Translations under genes and position numbers: made by a program
Shown here: in pieces, positions 18,601 through 28,929 of the stretch
Position numbering within the stretch: position 1 is the stretch's first letter
Layout of the letters: the number at the start of each line of letters is the position of its first letter
Source of the DNA: Christensenellales bacterium
GTDB taxonomy: Bacteria; Bacillota; Clostridia; Christensenellales; UBA3700
Assembly: GCA_051883455.1 (NCBI GenBank)
Contig: JBJETT010000010.1
Span: forward strand, 3,886-67,885
DNA length: 64,000 nucleotides
Direction of reading: 5' to 3'
Notes under the pieces: model-generated
The model's input: only the letters and a program-made list of their open reading frames with translations
Databases searched by the model: none
What the model was told of the DNA's origin: nothing

Positions 18601-21225
18601 AACAAGCAAGACTTGTATCCTGAGAAGGTCATTCAGCTGACGAGCGGAACGTTGACTGAATTTACGATAAGGCTTGCTATAGCTAGAATTTATATCAATA
18701 CGGAAAATATCTTCAACAAAGACGGCGTAGCGTTTAGCGAGTTGGATTTGTCGCAAGCATTGAGCAAAACCTTTGATAACCAAACCGTCAACAAGATAGA
18801 GGGCGCGACCGTCAAGCTCTATCAAGAGGACGGCTCTACCAGATACGGCAAGAGCGGTATCGTTTACTGCGACGGTAGATCGGCAGCAACGGATAAAGTA
18901 ATCCAAGAAGCTCTGGAAGTCTACGTGCAATACGAAAATAAGCACGCGGGACAAACGACTGCTTATCTATTCGTCAAAGGTAGCGAGAACTATGGCGGAA
19001 AAGACTATACCAAGCTCTATCCGGTATACTTCTTGAGAGAGGGAGAAGCAATTGAGTTTACGAGTGAAGGATACGTCGTACCTGAGAGCATACCTCTAAA
19101 TCCTGACGAGAACGCCGTAAGCGAAACTACCATAGACAAATACAATATGACGGTGGACGTTGCTTCTTACGTCAACGCCACGTATACCTTTGGTGACGTT
19201 ATTCCTGCCACCTTTGACGTAGCGTTGCTTGACGGCACTACGATGACCTTTGACGTAAAGGGTGGACTGGCGACTTATTGCAACGCCAACACTTATCCTG
19301 CAGTGGATGCGCAAGCTCAAATGACGCATGCCGATATTGACTTTACGATACAAAAGGCATCGGTTGTAGTCAACAAGAAAAAGGTGAGCGCAATACCAAC
19401 CATGGACGGAGAGAAGAACTTCTCGGCTAAGCTTGATTACGACAATCAAGAACACGTATTCGCGGCAACCTATAAGGACGTCTACGGACAACAACAACCT
19501 GTCAACGTAGAGTTCTTCCAAAACGAAGCGAGAACAACCCGCTACACAGATGAGGCAGGTGTGTCTATCAAGACCATTCGCAACGCGGGATACTACTACG
19601 TCAAGTTCTCTACCACCGATACCAACTACGATATAGTCAACTCGGAAGAATTCGAGTTGGAGATAGTCAAAGCCTTTATGGAATTGGTACTCGGCACGAG
19701 AGAAATGGACTACAAGGGTAGAGCGATATCCTATGACTTTACCGTCAACGCAGACCCGTCTTTGTATAGTATGGATGACTTTAAGTTGACCTACTATCCA
19801 TATCCTTCTACCGCGGTATACGACCCTGTCAACAAGAAGATAACGAGTGGTAAACCATTGTCCACCCCTATCGCCGCAGAGGACGTAATCAACGTAGGAT
19901 ACTATGCGGTAACTATCGAATTCAATGAAAACGACAACTTCTATACTCAGACTTACAACGACAGCTTGCTGGTAATCGTCAGAGCCGAGACGGAAATCAT
20001 TGCCAACGACGTAACGGTGGTCTACACGGGCGACGACTTTACCTTCAATCACCAAGATGCAGATAGCCAGCTGGTTGGTAAAAATACGGGTGTGGTATTG
20101 GCAAATAAGACGGGTGTTGACGAAGAAGGCAGAGCCGTAGCAGTACTAGACGACGTGTTGGTTACTATCAATAGACGTAACGGCACTACGGGCGTATACG
20201 AGCCAATCACCCCTACTACGGGTGCGTTTAGCAAAGTGGGTAGCTATGATTATAAGTTAATCTACGCCGGCGACGACAACCACATGCCTTGCGAAAAAGA
20301 GGTCAAGCTCATCATCGAGAAGGCAACCTTTGAAGGCATCGTATTCGAAGGCGTGACCCAACCTTATAGCGGTAAAAACGTTTCTGTTGTGGCAACCGTA
20401 CCTGACAGGTATTCTGGCTATACATTAACCTACGTCAACGGCGCTAAGAATCAATCGGAGCCGTTTGAATTCGTAGACGCCAATACCTACAAGGTAAAAG
20501 TCGTGGTAACTATGGACAACTACAACGACTGGGAAAAGACGGTTGAAGTCAAGATAGACAGAATCAATATCACTGGCGTGACTGCAATCAACGTAAGCGT
20601 AGATTACGACGGCAATCCGCATAGAGCGGGTATTACGGGTCTCAAATATAACGAGACAACCAAAAAGTATACCTACAACAACTTGGATGCAATCGTAACC
20701 GCAACCGACGTGGAAGCAATAGACGTAGGCATCAAGAAAGGTAAGTATGTGATTATCGTCAACAACTACAATCCGTTGACGATTGAGACGACTGTCAACA
20801 TTACACCTTATGAAGTGCCAAGCACCGACGTGTCTTACCAATCGCTGTCGACTGTCAAGTTTAACACTACAACCGATTTGAGCCGTCTGAAAGCAAGCTT
20901 TACCGACGTCAACGGCGAAGTGCAGAACAATAGACTCAGATTCTTCAAGGTTGAAAACGGAGAAGAAACGGAAGTTGGATTGAAGAAGGACGGTACGTTG
21001 CCTGCAGGTACTTATAGAGCTTACGTGGCGGCTGACTCCAACTACACTATCACCAACTACGTAGAGTTTACAATCGTGTCCGCGACAAGTCAAAAGGTCG
21101 ATGATACGACCAACAGCAAGCAAATGATGATTATCATCGGAGCCGCAGCAGGTGCGGTGGTACTCATCGGCGTAATCGCAGGTGTTGCGATTGCAATCAA
21201 GAAGAAAAAGAATTCGGCTATATAA
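15700..21225 (+). CDS. Large surface protein (1841 aa): GLUG-like head, Ig/MBG-like stalk, C-terminal TM anchor
   Basis: Signal peptide; FDGNGYTI, FGIIAG...ISNC, AGGAVG and AGGIVG repeats; YDG and NAGxY motifs; C-terminal TM plus KKKK with no LPxTG. Confidence 0.8.
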   Translation: MTNIINKKLIITITSIILIVSLVCALLALIDRETTQNEAVAEGLISANSTTTDGTIDGVAGKHATYEQLQNKAIAAGKTLKTISTQTELENFLANNVSTDYGALYNVSGDLTLDWVKGDNYASSNKYMRGAFDGNGYTINIKGGVGRGAFASGYAAKHIINSDPILGGSDAAANPIYIAPSGFFVAINEGIIKNVTFSYTSTHIEPNGRDADGGSCLYNPYSNGVTPSFGIIAGLSNGGEISNCKVILKNPFVLFGTGDNSLTSNGRFRENSAIAGGAVGIATNGAAISNITVDLQSSFSVVCRGNTSGANSARATLSCAGGIVGNFVPIGGTTMKYCTVLGNGTMSSIAGAGSNDSQFHTFVGAAIGGTFRFTGVASWANFAMSEYPTAEISAIMSNYQGRMRYNPQRKYEDMQTNYAKLFGAIGSSEGDLTGVSGMVFLFDYKTFCEAKGVDGTYIDSWWMKYTIDNIGTMIYPTSTGGQVDVSFDSSNPKYDIRIEAKADGFDGDMSQTLENTYYKKLEIADGAFGNCIWEANINKNGQQDKHIKAEQFIGGEIFLLKATDYGTMNYSFGEIADYSISSNNGLLSSKEYDSDPINEPTLVLKSKLGNTLTPVASAYEWELLKGTTPVTNAQTFLPGVYTYRAVKMLEEEKLAYYDANNKVLARYKESEKETFAVNTAELKFDAPNENVWLNQANIGMYINKDKAWMFNYIKYSTDGNWSGLLPTFGVAKYIFKDNVSTGKAGRTYAFQAYVYTDGQEVLVAQSSTQVKVRIDNEKPVIEDVHYYLSDSMGTQGEEITVSDLNEWRTTPILMKYTVNDEGRSGIVSGSGHTNYTPNENGTWSCSVLLKDTKEYTLSYTDATNNTVSMTYNVKIDNVTPQFNVIVSAENVMQDDGESYYYFDPLKITYNSTLGESGYDLYVSTASDSSIVGADKRVWVHYDDTIASSGQIIVNDNLESQEIWFKLVNKQDLYPEKVIQLTSGTLTEFTIRLAIARIYINTENIFNKDGVAFSELDLSQALSKTFDNQTVNKIEGATVKLYQEDGSTRYGKSGIVYCDGRSAATDKVIQEALEVYVQYENKHAGQTTAYLFVKGSENYGGKDYTKLYPVYFLREGEAIEFTSEGYVVPESIPLNPDENAVSETTIDKYNMTVDVASYVNATYTFGDVIPATFDVALLDGTTMTFDVKGGLATYCNANTYPAVDAQAQMTHADIDFTIQKASVVVNKKKVSAIPTMDGEKNFSAKLDYDNQEHVFAATYKDVYGQQQPVNVEFFQNEARTTRYTDEAGVSIKTIRNAGYYYVKFSTTDTNYDIVNSEEFELEIVKAFMELVLGTREMDYKGRAISYDFTVNADPSLYSMDDFKLTYYPYPSTAVYDPVNKKITSGKPLSTPIAAEDVINVGYYAVTIEFNENDNFYTQTYNDSLLVIVRAETEIIANDVTVVYTGDDFTFNHQDADSQLVGKNTGVVLANKTGVDEEGRAVAVLDDVLVTINRRNGTTGVYEPITPTTGAFSKVGSYDYKLIYAGDDNHMPCEKEVKLIIEKATFEGIVFEGVTQPYSGKNVSVVATVPDRYSGYTLTYVNGAKNQSEPFEFVDANTYKVKVVVTMDNYNDWEKTVEVKIDRINITGVTAINVSVDYDGNPHRAGITGLKYNETTKKYTYNNLDAIVTATDVEAIDVGIKKGKYVIIVNNYNPLTIETTVNITPYEVPSTDVSYQSLSTVKFNTTTDLSRLKASFTDVNGEVQNNRLRFFKVENGEETEVGLKKDGTLPAGTYRAYVAADSNYTITNYVEFTIVSATSQKVDDTTNSKQMMIIIGAAAGAVVLIGVIAGVAIAIKKKKNSAI

Positions 21226-21237
21226 ATGGGAGGAAGT

Positions 21238-24200
21238 ATGAATAATATAAATAAAAAATCTCTTATAGCTATAGTAATTGCCGTATTGGCAATAGTAACC
21301 TTGACGGGCGCAATGGCGTTGAGCTTTGTGTCGACGTCGGGCTACGCCCAAGACGGATATAACCTCGCCAACACCTCGAGTGAGGTGGGCGAGAATATAC
21401 CGACGCTAACGCAAGGCGGAACAATATTTGATGCCGCAGGCTTGGTAAGCGCATTGTCAAGCGGTACGGGAGAATGGTGGCTCAACGGCAACATGACTCT
21501 CGACGCGTCGTCGCTATGGGGCGGAACGACGTCTACAATAGGAGTGCTTGGCGAAAGTTTTATCTTACACGGACAAGGCAAGACCATCACCTTGACGGGC
21601 GCGACTGAGTTTTATAGAACAGACTACAGTAGCGACGGGAGAAATAGTTCTCAAACCTTTTCCTTAATAAGCAATAGTTTTACTGAAGGTAGAATTATCA
21701 AGACTGCAGGAGGTCTTGCTCAAATCAATAACGGTCTTATCGAAAACGTCAATTTCGTTTGGGCAAATAGCATCGATTACGGAGAGACCATTACCGAAGG
21801 AGGCAATCACGATACCTATTGGTCTGCTTCGTACGGTATGATCTTCGGAATCAATGCAGGCACCATAGACAACTGTACATTGACGGTCAACAACTATACC
21901 AGAGTCAATTACAGAATGACTTTAGCGGAGAAAAACTGGGCTGGTGATTATAATGCATGTAAATATAACTGGGATTCATATCATCGTACGGCTTGTTTCG
22001 GAGGCTTTGCCGGTACACTTATGGGCGGTACTATCAAAAACTCTTCCCTCAACCTCAAGGCTAATATCGTCACGCAACAAAAAGGTAGAACATTTGGTAG
22101 TTATCGAGGCGGAAATAACAAACTTTGGACGGGTGGATTCTGCGGAGTTATCAATCAAGGCGGTAATATATATAATGCTACTACCTACGGAACGGGAAGT
22201 ATAGATGCATATTCTGATCCATCCTTGTCTACTAACGGCAATAACGCAGTAGCCGCTTCGGGAATCATAGCTGGATGTAACGCGGTGGCTGCCGATAGTA
22301 ATGCACAAAATCAGAGCAACTGGACGTCGCTTGGCGGAGCTGGTATGATCAACGGCGTAATGAACTATTGGACGGGTACCGCACGTACAATGAACGGTGG
22401 AGCATTCGGCGCAGAATTGGGACCTAACGGCAACGCCAGTGACTTTACGGGTCAAGGCGTGATTTGTGGATTGGCGGGCAACTATACCGGCAACGGCGGC
22501 GTCACTCTCAAAAACGTCTACTATATCAATATGGACATACCTAGTGCGATATGTGCCAAGAACTGGAATAGCTTTACTCAAAACAGCGTTACAAGCACTA
22601 TCCCTACGGGTACCGCATCTATAAGGACGGGTATTAGCACTCAAGTAACCAACTATGACGACAAAGGCACGCTGAAGATATACTTCGACGGTACTACCGA
22701 TACGGCAGTGCCTAAGATTTCGTATGATGCGCCTTACTACTCACCTGACGCAATGTCTTTCGGCGGAGCTCAGGCTATCGTATGGAGCGTCAAATATAGC
22801 ACGCCAACCGAATCGAACAGAACGCTGGATATCTACAAGAACGTAGGTAGTGTGGACAACGTAAGCAACTTTACTAGTTGGAACTCAGAGAACAAGATTC
22901 CTCGCGACTTGACGGGTGACGGTCAATCGTTCAGCTTTACCTTTGAGCCCGGCGTAGTAGCGACTTACGGCAATCCTCGCAATCCTAAAATCAACAACGT
23001 TATCACCGATATGCCTATCGACGAGACGTATTCTAATATCTTTATCGCTACGGGACACGAGTTTAACGGTAGCGGGCTATACGTTCCTTCGCTTAAATTG
23101 TATTCCGACTCTGCCAAAACCAAGCTTATAGGTCAAGTACAAGGCGACGAGAGTATATTTAAGGCTTATAAGCAAGGAGCGCCGGGACAACAATACAACC
23201 TATCGGAAGCGGTTGACGTGGCAACGTGGGAGATTTATTGTCCTGCGCAAGATACCGTCAACAATATTATATTTACGGCTACCAACACCGAGAAAATGAA
23301 CGTTGTCGTCTTCAAAGAGTCGAGCGATAACCTGGTAATAAGACAAGTAACCACTCCTAAGGCGGTGACGGTATCTTATACCAAAGCACCTGCCGACTTC
23401 ACGTACAATTCTTCCCCTGCGGCATTTACCGCTTCTGCTAGCGGACTGGTGAGCGGATACGACGCAACGCCAAATATCGAATACTATAAGCTGATAGAAG
23501 AAGAAGGCGTATTGACCGAAGTGGATATCGTCGACAATCAAGCCAAAAATGCAGGTAAATATAGAGCTAAAATTACTACTTTGTCCTCTAACAACTACGT
23601 GGTGGCTAATCCTGAGGAACTGTCTATAGACTTTGAGATTACTCCTAGAGAGATAACGGTAACACCGTTGCCTGAAGAATTGCAAGCGACCAATCCTATC
23701 TTCGTCTACGACGGATTGGAGAAACTGCCTACTTATAGCGTATTCGGCAACGGAGTCAGCGAAGGCGACGCCTTGATAAAGATACTCAACGTAGTCGACA
23801 ACAACGTAATCAAGGTTACTTACGAGCCTTACGCTACCGAGACGACCAACGCTACCGACGACAACTTTATCAACGCGGGTACGTATAAGATGATATTGGA
23901 GAAGGAAAGCGGAAATATGTCGAACAACTATAGCTTCGAAAAGACAACCTTTATCATCGAGATTGGTAGAGCTGACGTCACCATAACGGTATCGGCGGAA
24001 GAAGCTTTGCAAGACGGCGCTGTAGTCAAGGAATACAATTCCACCTTCCAAAAGGTAAAGTGGACGATAACTAAACCTGAAAACGGTGAAGAACCCGTTT
24101 TGACGGAAAGCTACCTCAACAAAGAGAGTGGTGTGGCAATAGCCAACGGCGCTAACAGAGGCGGTGAATATACCGTTACCGCTAGCATTGATAGAGAGGC

Positions 24201-27200
24201 TGGCTTCAATACCAACTACAACGTTGCTATTTGCTCCGTCGAAATGAAAATCAATGCCAAGGATATGACTATCGTTTGGTTCCCGGGTCTAACCGAGGAG
24301 GAAATAGAGGCTAAGAAAATAGTACCTTATATCTCGGATATCTACGATTACGGCAACGTAAACAGAGTAGGCTTGTTCCAAAACGACGCGATAAAACCTG
24401 CTTATGCTATCAAGGGCTATAAGTATATGTGGAAGGCAAATCCGGAAGACGAGTACGTAGAGGTGGAGAACGCATTCAATGCAGGATATTACGTAGTATC
24501 TCCTATCATGACCACTGCGCCTAACTACAATATGCTGAACGGTGAGTTTGCTTTCCAAATCACACCTATTGCGACGACGATAGAGGTAACGCCTACGAGC
24601 AAACTCTACGGCGACTTTGACCCAACCTTCGATTGGGCAGTAGCGGGCGGATACACTCCGTTGTTCGAAGACGACGAAGTTATACCTAGCTTCCTTGCTT
24701 CCGAGCAATATAGTGCTCCTGGTGCTTATGCCGTAACTTTGGCAAGCGTGGGAGGTGCACAAGGCGGAAACTACGTGATTACGCTCGTTGAAAATACCGC
24801 TCTTACTATCAACAAGAGAGGCGTGTCGATTGAGTTTGGCGTAGAGGGTGCGGTAGACAACGTGGCAATATACGACGGCAACGTCAAGACCTTTACCACT
24901 CCTGTCCTCACCTATCAAAACGAAGACTTCGTAGACGCAGAGGGCAAGATGGCTTTGCAGTACGAGTACTTCAAGATTGATAGAACCGTAATCACTGCTA
25001 GCGATATCCGCAATGCGGGCAAGTATAGCGTTACTGTTCAGTTGACCGAAGAAGCAGACAAGTACTTTACTATTACTTATGGTGCTACCGTCAACTTTAT
25101 GATTGACAAGATGACCGTAACTATCGATACCGTGGGCAAAGAAGTAACCTACGGCGATGAAATAGGCAGCTTTAGTTGGAGCTATGCCGACGGTAGCGCA
25201 ACGTTCGTAGCGGAAGACGGTATCGTGGTATCTACCTATTGCAATTACGTACTCTACGACAAGTGCGGAAGTTTCGATATTTTGGCAACTATCGCCGACA
25301 ACGTGAACGACGGCGTTCAACTTGCCGAAAACTACAACCTCGAGTTCGGCTCGGTTGGACAACTCGTAGTCAACAAGAGAGGCGTCAACGTAACGGCTAT
25401 TACCTTGCCTGTCGACAAGACTTACGACGGCACGGCTAAGGTAGTGCAAGCAGTGTACGACAACACCGTCAACGGCGACGTGCTTGAGTTTATCTACACC
25501 TTCAACGGACAGTCTCAAGCAATTGACAAGGGTAGCTATTCCGTCAACGTAGACCTCATACACGACAACTACTATATCGACCAAACCACTTCCGAATTGC
25601 TCGTCATCACGGCAAGAAAGGTGACTTTGGCAGTAGACGACGTCAACGTGACGTACGGCGACGACGTTCCAACTATTACTTGGCAATATGCCGACGGAAG
25701 TTTGCAATTCGTAGAGGGTGACGGCGTGGCAGTCAACGTATTGACCGACTATACCAAGTATAGCGGCGTTGGCAACTATGCAATATTCGTAGAAACCACT
25801 GCAAGTGACAACTACGACGTGACGGTGCCTGAAAACGCAAAAGTCGTTGTAGGTGCGCTTGCTATCACCGCAACGCTAACTATGCCTACCGAATTGGTAT
25901 ACGACGGATTGGAAAAGACCGTAGAAGCTAATCTCAACGGAGTGCTGGGCAGTGACGTAGTTGACGTAGATATCTTCTACAACGGTACTACGAGCGCGAT
26001 AGACGCGGGCAACTACGTAGTGACCGTAGTTAGCACCAACGCCAACTACACGATTTCCGTAGAGGGTACCGACAACTTTACCGTAGCGCCTAAGACTATC
26101 AAGTTCTTGACCAACAACGGCGAAAAGGGGTACGGCTCCGACGTCATCGTCTTTGCAGAGGGCGTAGCGCCTTACGAATTTGTCGAGGGTACTATCGAGG
26201 ATAGAGACGTTGATGACGTAACGATATCCGTTGCTTGTGCGCTTCCTATAGAGCAACAAGTCATTGGCGAAAAGACTGCCGATATGATTTACGTTGTTCT
26301 TGGTGGTAGCAAGGCAAGCAACTATATCGCAATTACCGAGACTAAGGGTAGCATCACTATCGTAAGCAATAGCCTCAGCAACGCCGTGCTCGAAGAAGAG
26401 TCGAGCGTATACGACGCAACCGACAAGAAGACTATCATCAACGTGCTCAACGTCAACAAGGACGATATCACCGTTACTTACAAAGACGCAACCGACGGTA
26501 CGGTAGCTTCGATTATCAAGGCGGGCACCTACAAAGTAGTAGTAGAAGTCAAAGCCGAGGCACAAAGCAAATATACGGGCGAAATGACCGTAGAGTTGCC
26601 ATACGTAGTTGAGAAGAGAACTATCAATATCGTTGCGGTCAACACCGAGTTGACTTACGGCGACGTTAAGCCTGCAACTTTCTGGGCATACGCCGACGGA
26701 AGCCTCAAGATGATAGATAGTGATGCATTGGCTATCACCGTCACCGAGACTTATAGCCAGACTTCCCATGCGGGCACGCCTATCAACGTGACCTACGACG
26801 TGGAACATGTCAACGACAACTATAACAACTATATCTTCAACTTGCCACAAAACGTGCAAATCACCGTGGCTAAGAAGACTTTGACCTTCAACGTAGATTT
26901 GCCTACCGACGCAGTCTACGACAAGACGGCTAAAGAAGCAGGTGCGGCTATCAGCGGAGTAGTCAACGGCGACGACGTCACCGTAGACGTGTCGTATACC
27001 GACAACGTCAACGCGGGTACTTGTGGAGTAACCTTGCAAGTAGGCGGAACGAAAAAAGATAATTATATCTGGGACGAATACGAAGGCTCCTTCGTCATCG
27101 CACCTAAGCAAATCACCGTCAGCGACGTGACTTTGCCTGCCGATTTGGTATACAGCGCAACGGCTAAGGTTGCAAGCGTAGTTATTAACGGCGTTTTGGA

Positions 27201-28407
27201 AGGCGACGATGCGAAGGCTACGGCTCTCTACAACGGCGAGGAAGAGGCAATCAACGCAGGTAGCTACGTAGTTACCGTGGTTGCCAACAACTCCAACTAC
27301 GAGATAGTGGGCAACTATAGCAAGAATATGACTATCGCTCCAAGAGAGTTGACTCTCCAAGAGTTTACTTACGAGAGCAGTTACGTATACGACGGCACTG
27401 CAAAGACGGTGGGTGCAACACTCAACAATATTCCTGCGGAAGAGACACAAGCCGACTTGTTCTCTTTGAGATTTACAAAAGAGGGCGAAGACACTGCCCA
27501 GGTTGCAATCAATGCGGGCGTATACAGCGTGACTATCCTTCTCAATAGCGACAACTACACTTTGGCAGAATATGAGGCGGGAGAACTCACCATTGCAAAG
27601 AAGACCCTAACCATAGTAAGCGTAGCGGGAACGAATACCGTATACGACGGCAACGTCAAAGTCCTCGCAGTAGTATTCGACGGAGTTGTTGACGGCGAGG
27701 TCGTAGAATACGTCTTGGTAGACGAAGAGGATAATATTCTTACCCCTATCAATGCAGGTACCTACACCGGTTACGTAGCTTTGGACGCTAACGGCGCGGT
27801 AGCAGCCAACTACGAGTTGACAAGAGGAGACCTAGTTACTTTGACTATTGACAAAGTTGCAGGTGAACTAAACGTCAACGATATTACGATAATCGCCAAC
27901 TATAACAAGTTGACTATCAACGGCGTTAGTGCAAGCAACGTTCGCTATAGCCTTGACGGAAACTACTGGCAAGAGAGCAACGTATTTAATGCTAAGCCAA
28001 ATTCGCCTTACACGGTATACGTAAAGCTCGTGGCAGACGACAACCACAACGAAAGTGATCCTGTAAGCAAGAACGTAAAGACGGGTGGTGACCCAACCGT
28101 CATCAATGCAAAACTCGACGCAATCGGCGAGTTTGGATTTGACGATATAGCAGCGTTGAAAGAAATCGAAGAACTGCTCAAAGGCATTGCAAAGGTTGAT
28201 GAGAACGTAATCGATAATAGCAAACTTGGCAACGTAAGAAACGCTTACGATACGCTTATTAGCGACGCCAAGAGCGTTGTAAACGAAGCGCAAAACGTTG
28301 CCGGCAAAGCAGCAGGCAGAGAAGTAGGTGCTGCTGCGGCGGCAAGCATGGCGTTGTCTTTGGGTGCAATAGCACTAGCAATCGTCAAGAAGAAAATGTT
28401 GGCGTAA
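21238..28407 (+). CDS. Large surface protein (about 2389 aa): GLUG-like head, about 15 MBG/YDG-like repeats, C-terminal membrane anchor
   Basis: GGAGG RBS favours ATG 21238; GGLAQINNGLIEN, FGGFAG..TIKN and TGGFCG repeats; many YDG/YGD...NAGxY...NY units; Ala-rich hydrophobic tail plus KKK. Confidence 0.8.
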   Translation: MNNINKKSLIAIVIAVLAIVTLTGAMALSFVSTSGYAQDGYNLANTSSEVGENIPTLTQGGTIFDAAGLVSALSSGTGEWWLNGNMTLDASSLWGGTTSTIGVLGESFILHGQGKTITLTGATEFYRTDYSSDGRNSSQTFSLISNSFTEGRIIKTAGGLAQINNGLIENVNFVWANSIDYGETITEGGNHDTYWSASYGMIFGINAGTIDNCTLTVNNYTRVNYRMTLAEKNWAGDYNACKYNWDSYHRTACFGGFAGTLMGGTIKNSSLNLKANIVTQQKGRTFGSYRGGNNKLWTGGFCGVINQGGNIYNATTYGTGSIDAYSDPSLSTNGNNAVAASGIIAGCNAVAADSNAQNQSNWTSLGGAGMINGVMNYWTGTARTMNGGAFGAELGPNGNASDFTGQGVICGLAGNYTGNGGVTLKNVYYINMDIPSAICAKNWNSFTQNSVTSTIPTGTASIRTGISTQVTNYDDKGTLKIYFDGTTDTAVPKISYDAPYYSPDAMSFGGAQAIVWSVKYSTPTESNRTLDIYKNVGSVDNVSNFTSWNSENKIPRDLTGDGQSFSFTFEPGVVATYGNPRNPKINNVITDMPIDETYSNIFIATGHEFNGSGLYVPSLKLYSDSAKTKLIGQVQGDESIFKAYKQGAPGQQYNLSEAVDVATWEIYCPAQDTVNNIIFTATNTEKMNVVVFKESSDNLVIRQVTTPKAVTVSYTKAPADFTYNSSPAAFTASASGLVSGYDATPNIEYYKLIEEEGVLTEVDIVDNQAKNAGKYRAKITTLSSNNYVVANPEELSIDFEITPREITVTPLPEELQATNPIFVYDGLEKLPTYSVFGNGVSEGDALIKILNVVDNNVIKVTYEPYATETTNATDDNFINAGTYKMILEKESGNMSNNYSFEKTTFIIEIGRADVTITVSAEEALQDGAVVKEYNSTFQKVKWTITKPENGEEPVLTESYLNKESGVAIANGANRGGEYTVTASIDREAGFNTNYNVAICSVEMKINAKDMTIVWFPGLTEEEIEAKKIVPYISDIYDYGNVNRVGLFQNDAIKPAYAIKGYKYMWKANPEDEYVEVENAFNAGYYVVSPIMTTAPNYNMLNGEFAFQITPIATTIEVTPTSKLYGDFDPTFDWAVAGGYTPLFEDDEVIPSFLASEQYSAPGAYAVTLASVGGAQGGNYVITLVENTALTINKRGVSIEFGVEGAVDNVAIYDGNVKTFTTPVLTYQNEDFVDAEGKMALQYEYFKIDRTVITASDIRNAGKYSVTVQLTEEADKYFTITYGATVNFMIDKMTVTIDTVGKEVTYGDEIGSFSWSYADGSATFVAEDGIVVSTYCNYVLYDKCGSFDILATIADNVNDGVQLAENYNLEFGSVGQLVVNKRGVNVTAITLPVDKTYDGTAKVVQAVYDNTVNGDVLEFIYTFNGQSQAIDKGSYSVNVDLIHDNYYIDQTTSELLVITARKVTLAVDDVNVTYGDDVPTITWQYADGSLQFVEGDGVAVNVLTDYTKYSGVGNYAIFVETTASDNYDVTVPENAKVVVGALAITATLTMPTELVYDGLEKTVEANLNGVLGSDVVDVDIFYNGTTSAIDAGNYVVTVVSTNANYTISVEGTDNFTVAPKTIKFLTNNGEKGYGSDVIVFAEGVAPYEFVEGTIEDRDVDDVTISVACALPIEQQVIGEKTADMIYVVLGGSKASNYIAITETKGSITIVSNSLSNAVLEEESSVYDATDKKTIINVLNVNKDDITVTYKDATDGTVASIIKAGTYKVVVEVKAEAQSKYTGEMTVELPYVVEKRTINIVAVNTELTYGDVKPATFWAYADGSLKMIDSDALAITVTETYSQTSHAGTPINVTYDVEHVNDNYNNYIFNLPQNVQITVAKKTLTFNVDLPTDAVYDKTAKEAGAAISGVVNGDDVTVDVSYTDNVNAGTCGVTLQVGGTKKDNYIWDEYEGSFVIAPKQITVSDVTLPADLVYSATAKVASVVINGVLEGDDAKATALYNGEEEAINAGSYVVTVVANNSNYEIVGNYSKNMTIAPRELTLQEFTYESSYVYDGTAKTVGATLNNIPAEETQADLFSLRFTKEGEDTAQVAINAGVYSVTILLNSDNYTLAEYEAGELTIAKKTLTIVSVAGTNTVYDGNVKVLAVVFDGVVDGEVVEYVLVDEEDNILTPINAGTYTGYVALDANGAVAANYELTRGDLVTLTIDKVAGELNVNDITIIANYNKLTINGVSASNVRYSLDGNYWQESNVFNAKPNSPYTVYVKLVADDNHNESDPVSKNVKTGGDPTVINAKLDAIGEFGFDDIAALKEIEELLKGIAKVDENVIDNSKLGNVRNAYDTLISDAKSVVNEAQNVAGKAAGREVGAAAAASMALSLGAIALAIVKKKMLA

Positions 28408-28419
28408 GGAGGAAATAAT

Positions 28420-28917
28420 ATGAAAAAGAAATTGTTGATAGCAATATTGGTATTGACCGTGGTTTTGGTGGGGGCTTTGGCAGGATGTAAGACCAAGCTC
28501 ACGACCAAAGATTTCTACGACATAGCCTCCTACACTACCTCGTCGTCGCAGACGAGGAGTGTGTCCGTCACCGTTAAGCAAGGCGAAACGCTAGTATATA
28601 GCAACGTCGACGGCGAAGTGCAAGACCCTTACAAGATTGGCTTCGGCAACGCAATCTCGCAAAACGTGGGAAGTGGACTAAAGTTTGAGAAGGCTTACTT
28701 TAGCAAAGAAGTAGTTGTCAACGGAAAAGCAACCTCTAAGTACACTGCCGACATTGTCGATACGAGCGCTTTCTTGGGCGTGAACGACGCGCAAAACGCA
28801 ACCATAGAAGTCATAGTCAATACGGAAGCTAAGACCTTGGCTTCCACCACCATCAAATACGACGTGCTTAAGACTTCCGGCACCTATGCAGTTGAGATTG
28901 TGGTAAAGGTGGGCTAA
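28420..28917 (+). CDS. Small beta-rich lipoprotein, hypothetical
   Basis: Lipobox LAG-C; GGAGG RBS; last gene before a terminator. Confidence 0.8.
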   Translation: MKKKLLIAILVLTVVLVGALAGCKTKLTTKDFYDIASYTTSSSQTRSVSVTVKQGETLVYSNVDGEVQDPYKIGFGNAISQNVGSGLKFEKAYFSKEVVVNGKATSKYTADIVDTSAFLGVNDAQNATIEVIVNTEAKTLASTTIKYDVLKTSGTYAVEIVVKVG

Positions 28918-28929
28918 AATTAACTAACC

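Noticed and set aside
8406-28293. Long antisense ORFs (up to 524 aa) opposite the three giant genes
   Set aside because: They are shadow ORFs from the codon bias of the sense genes. They are Val/Arg-rich, have no RBS or motifs, and are fully nested.
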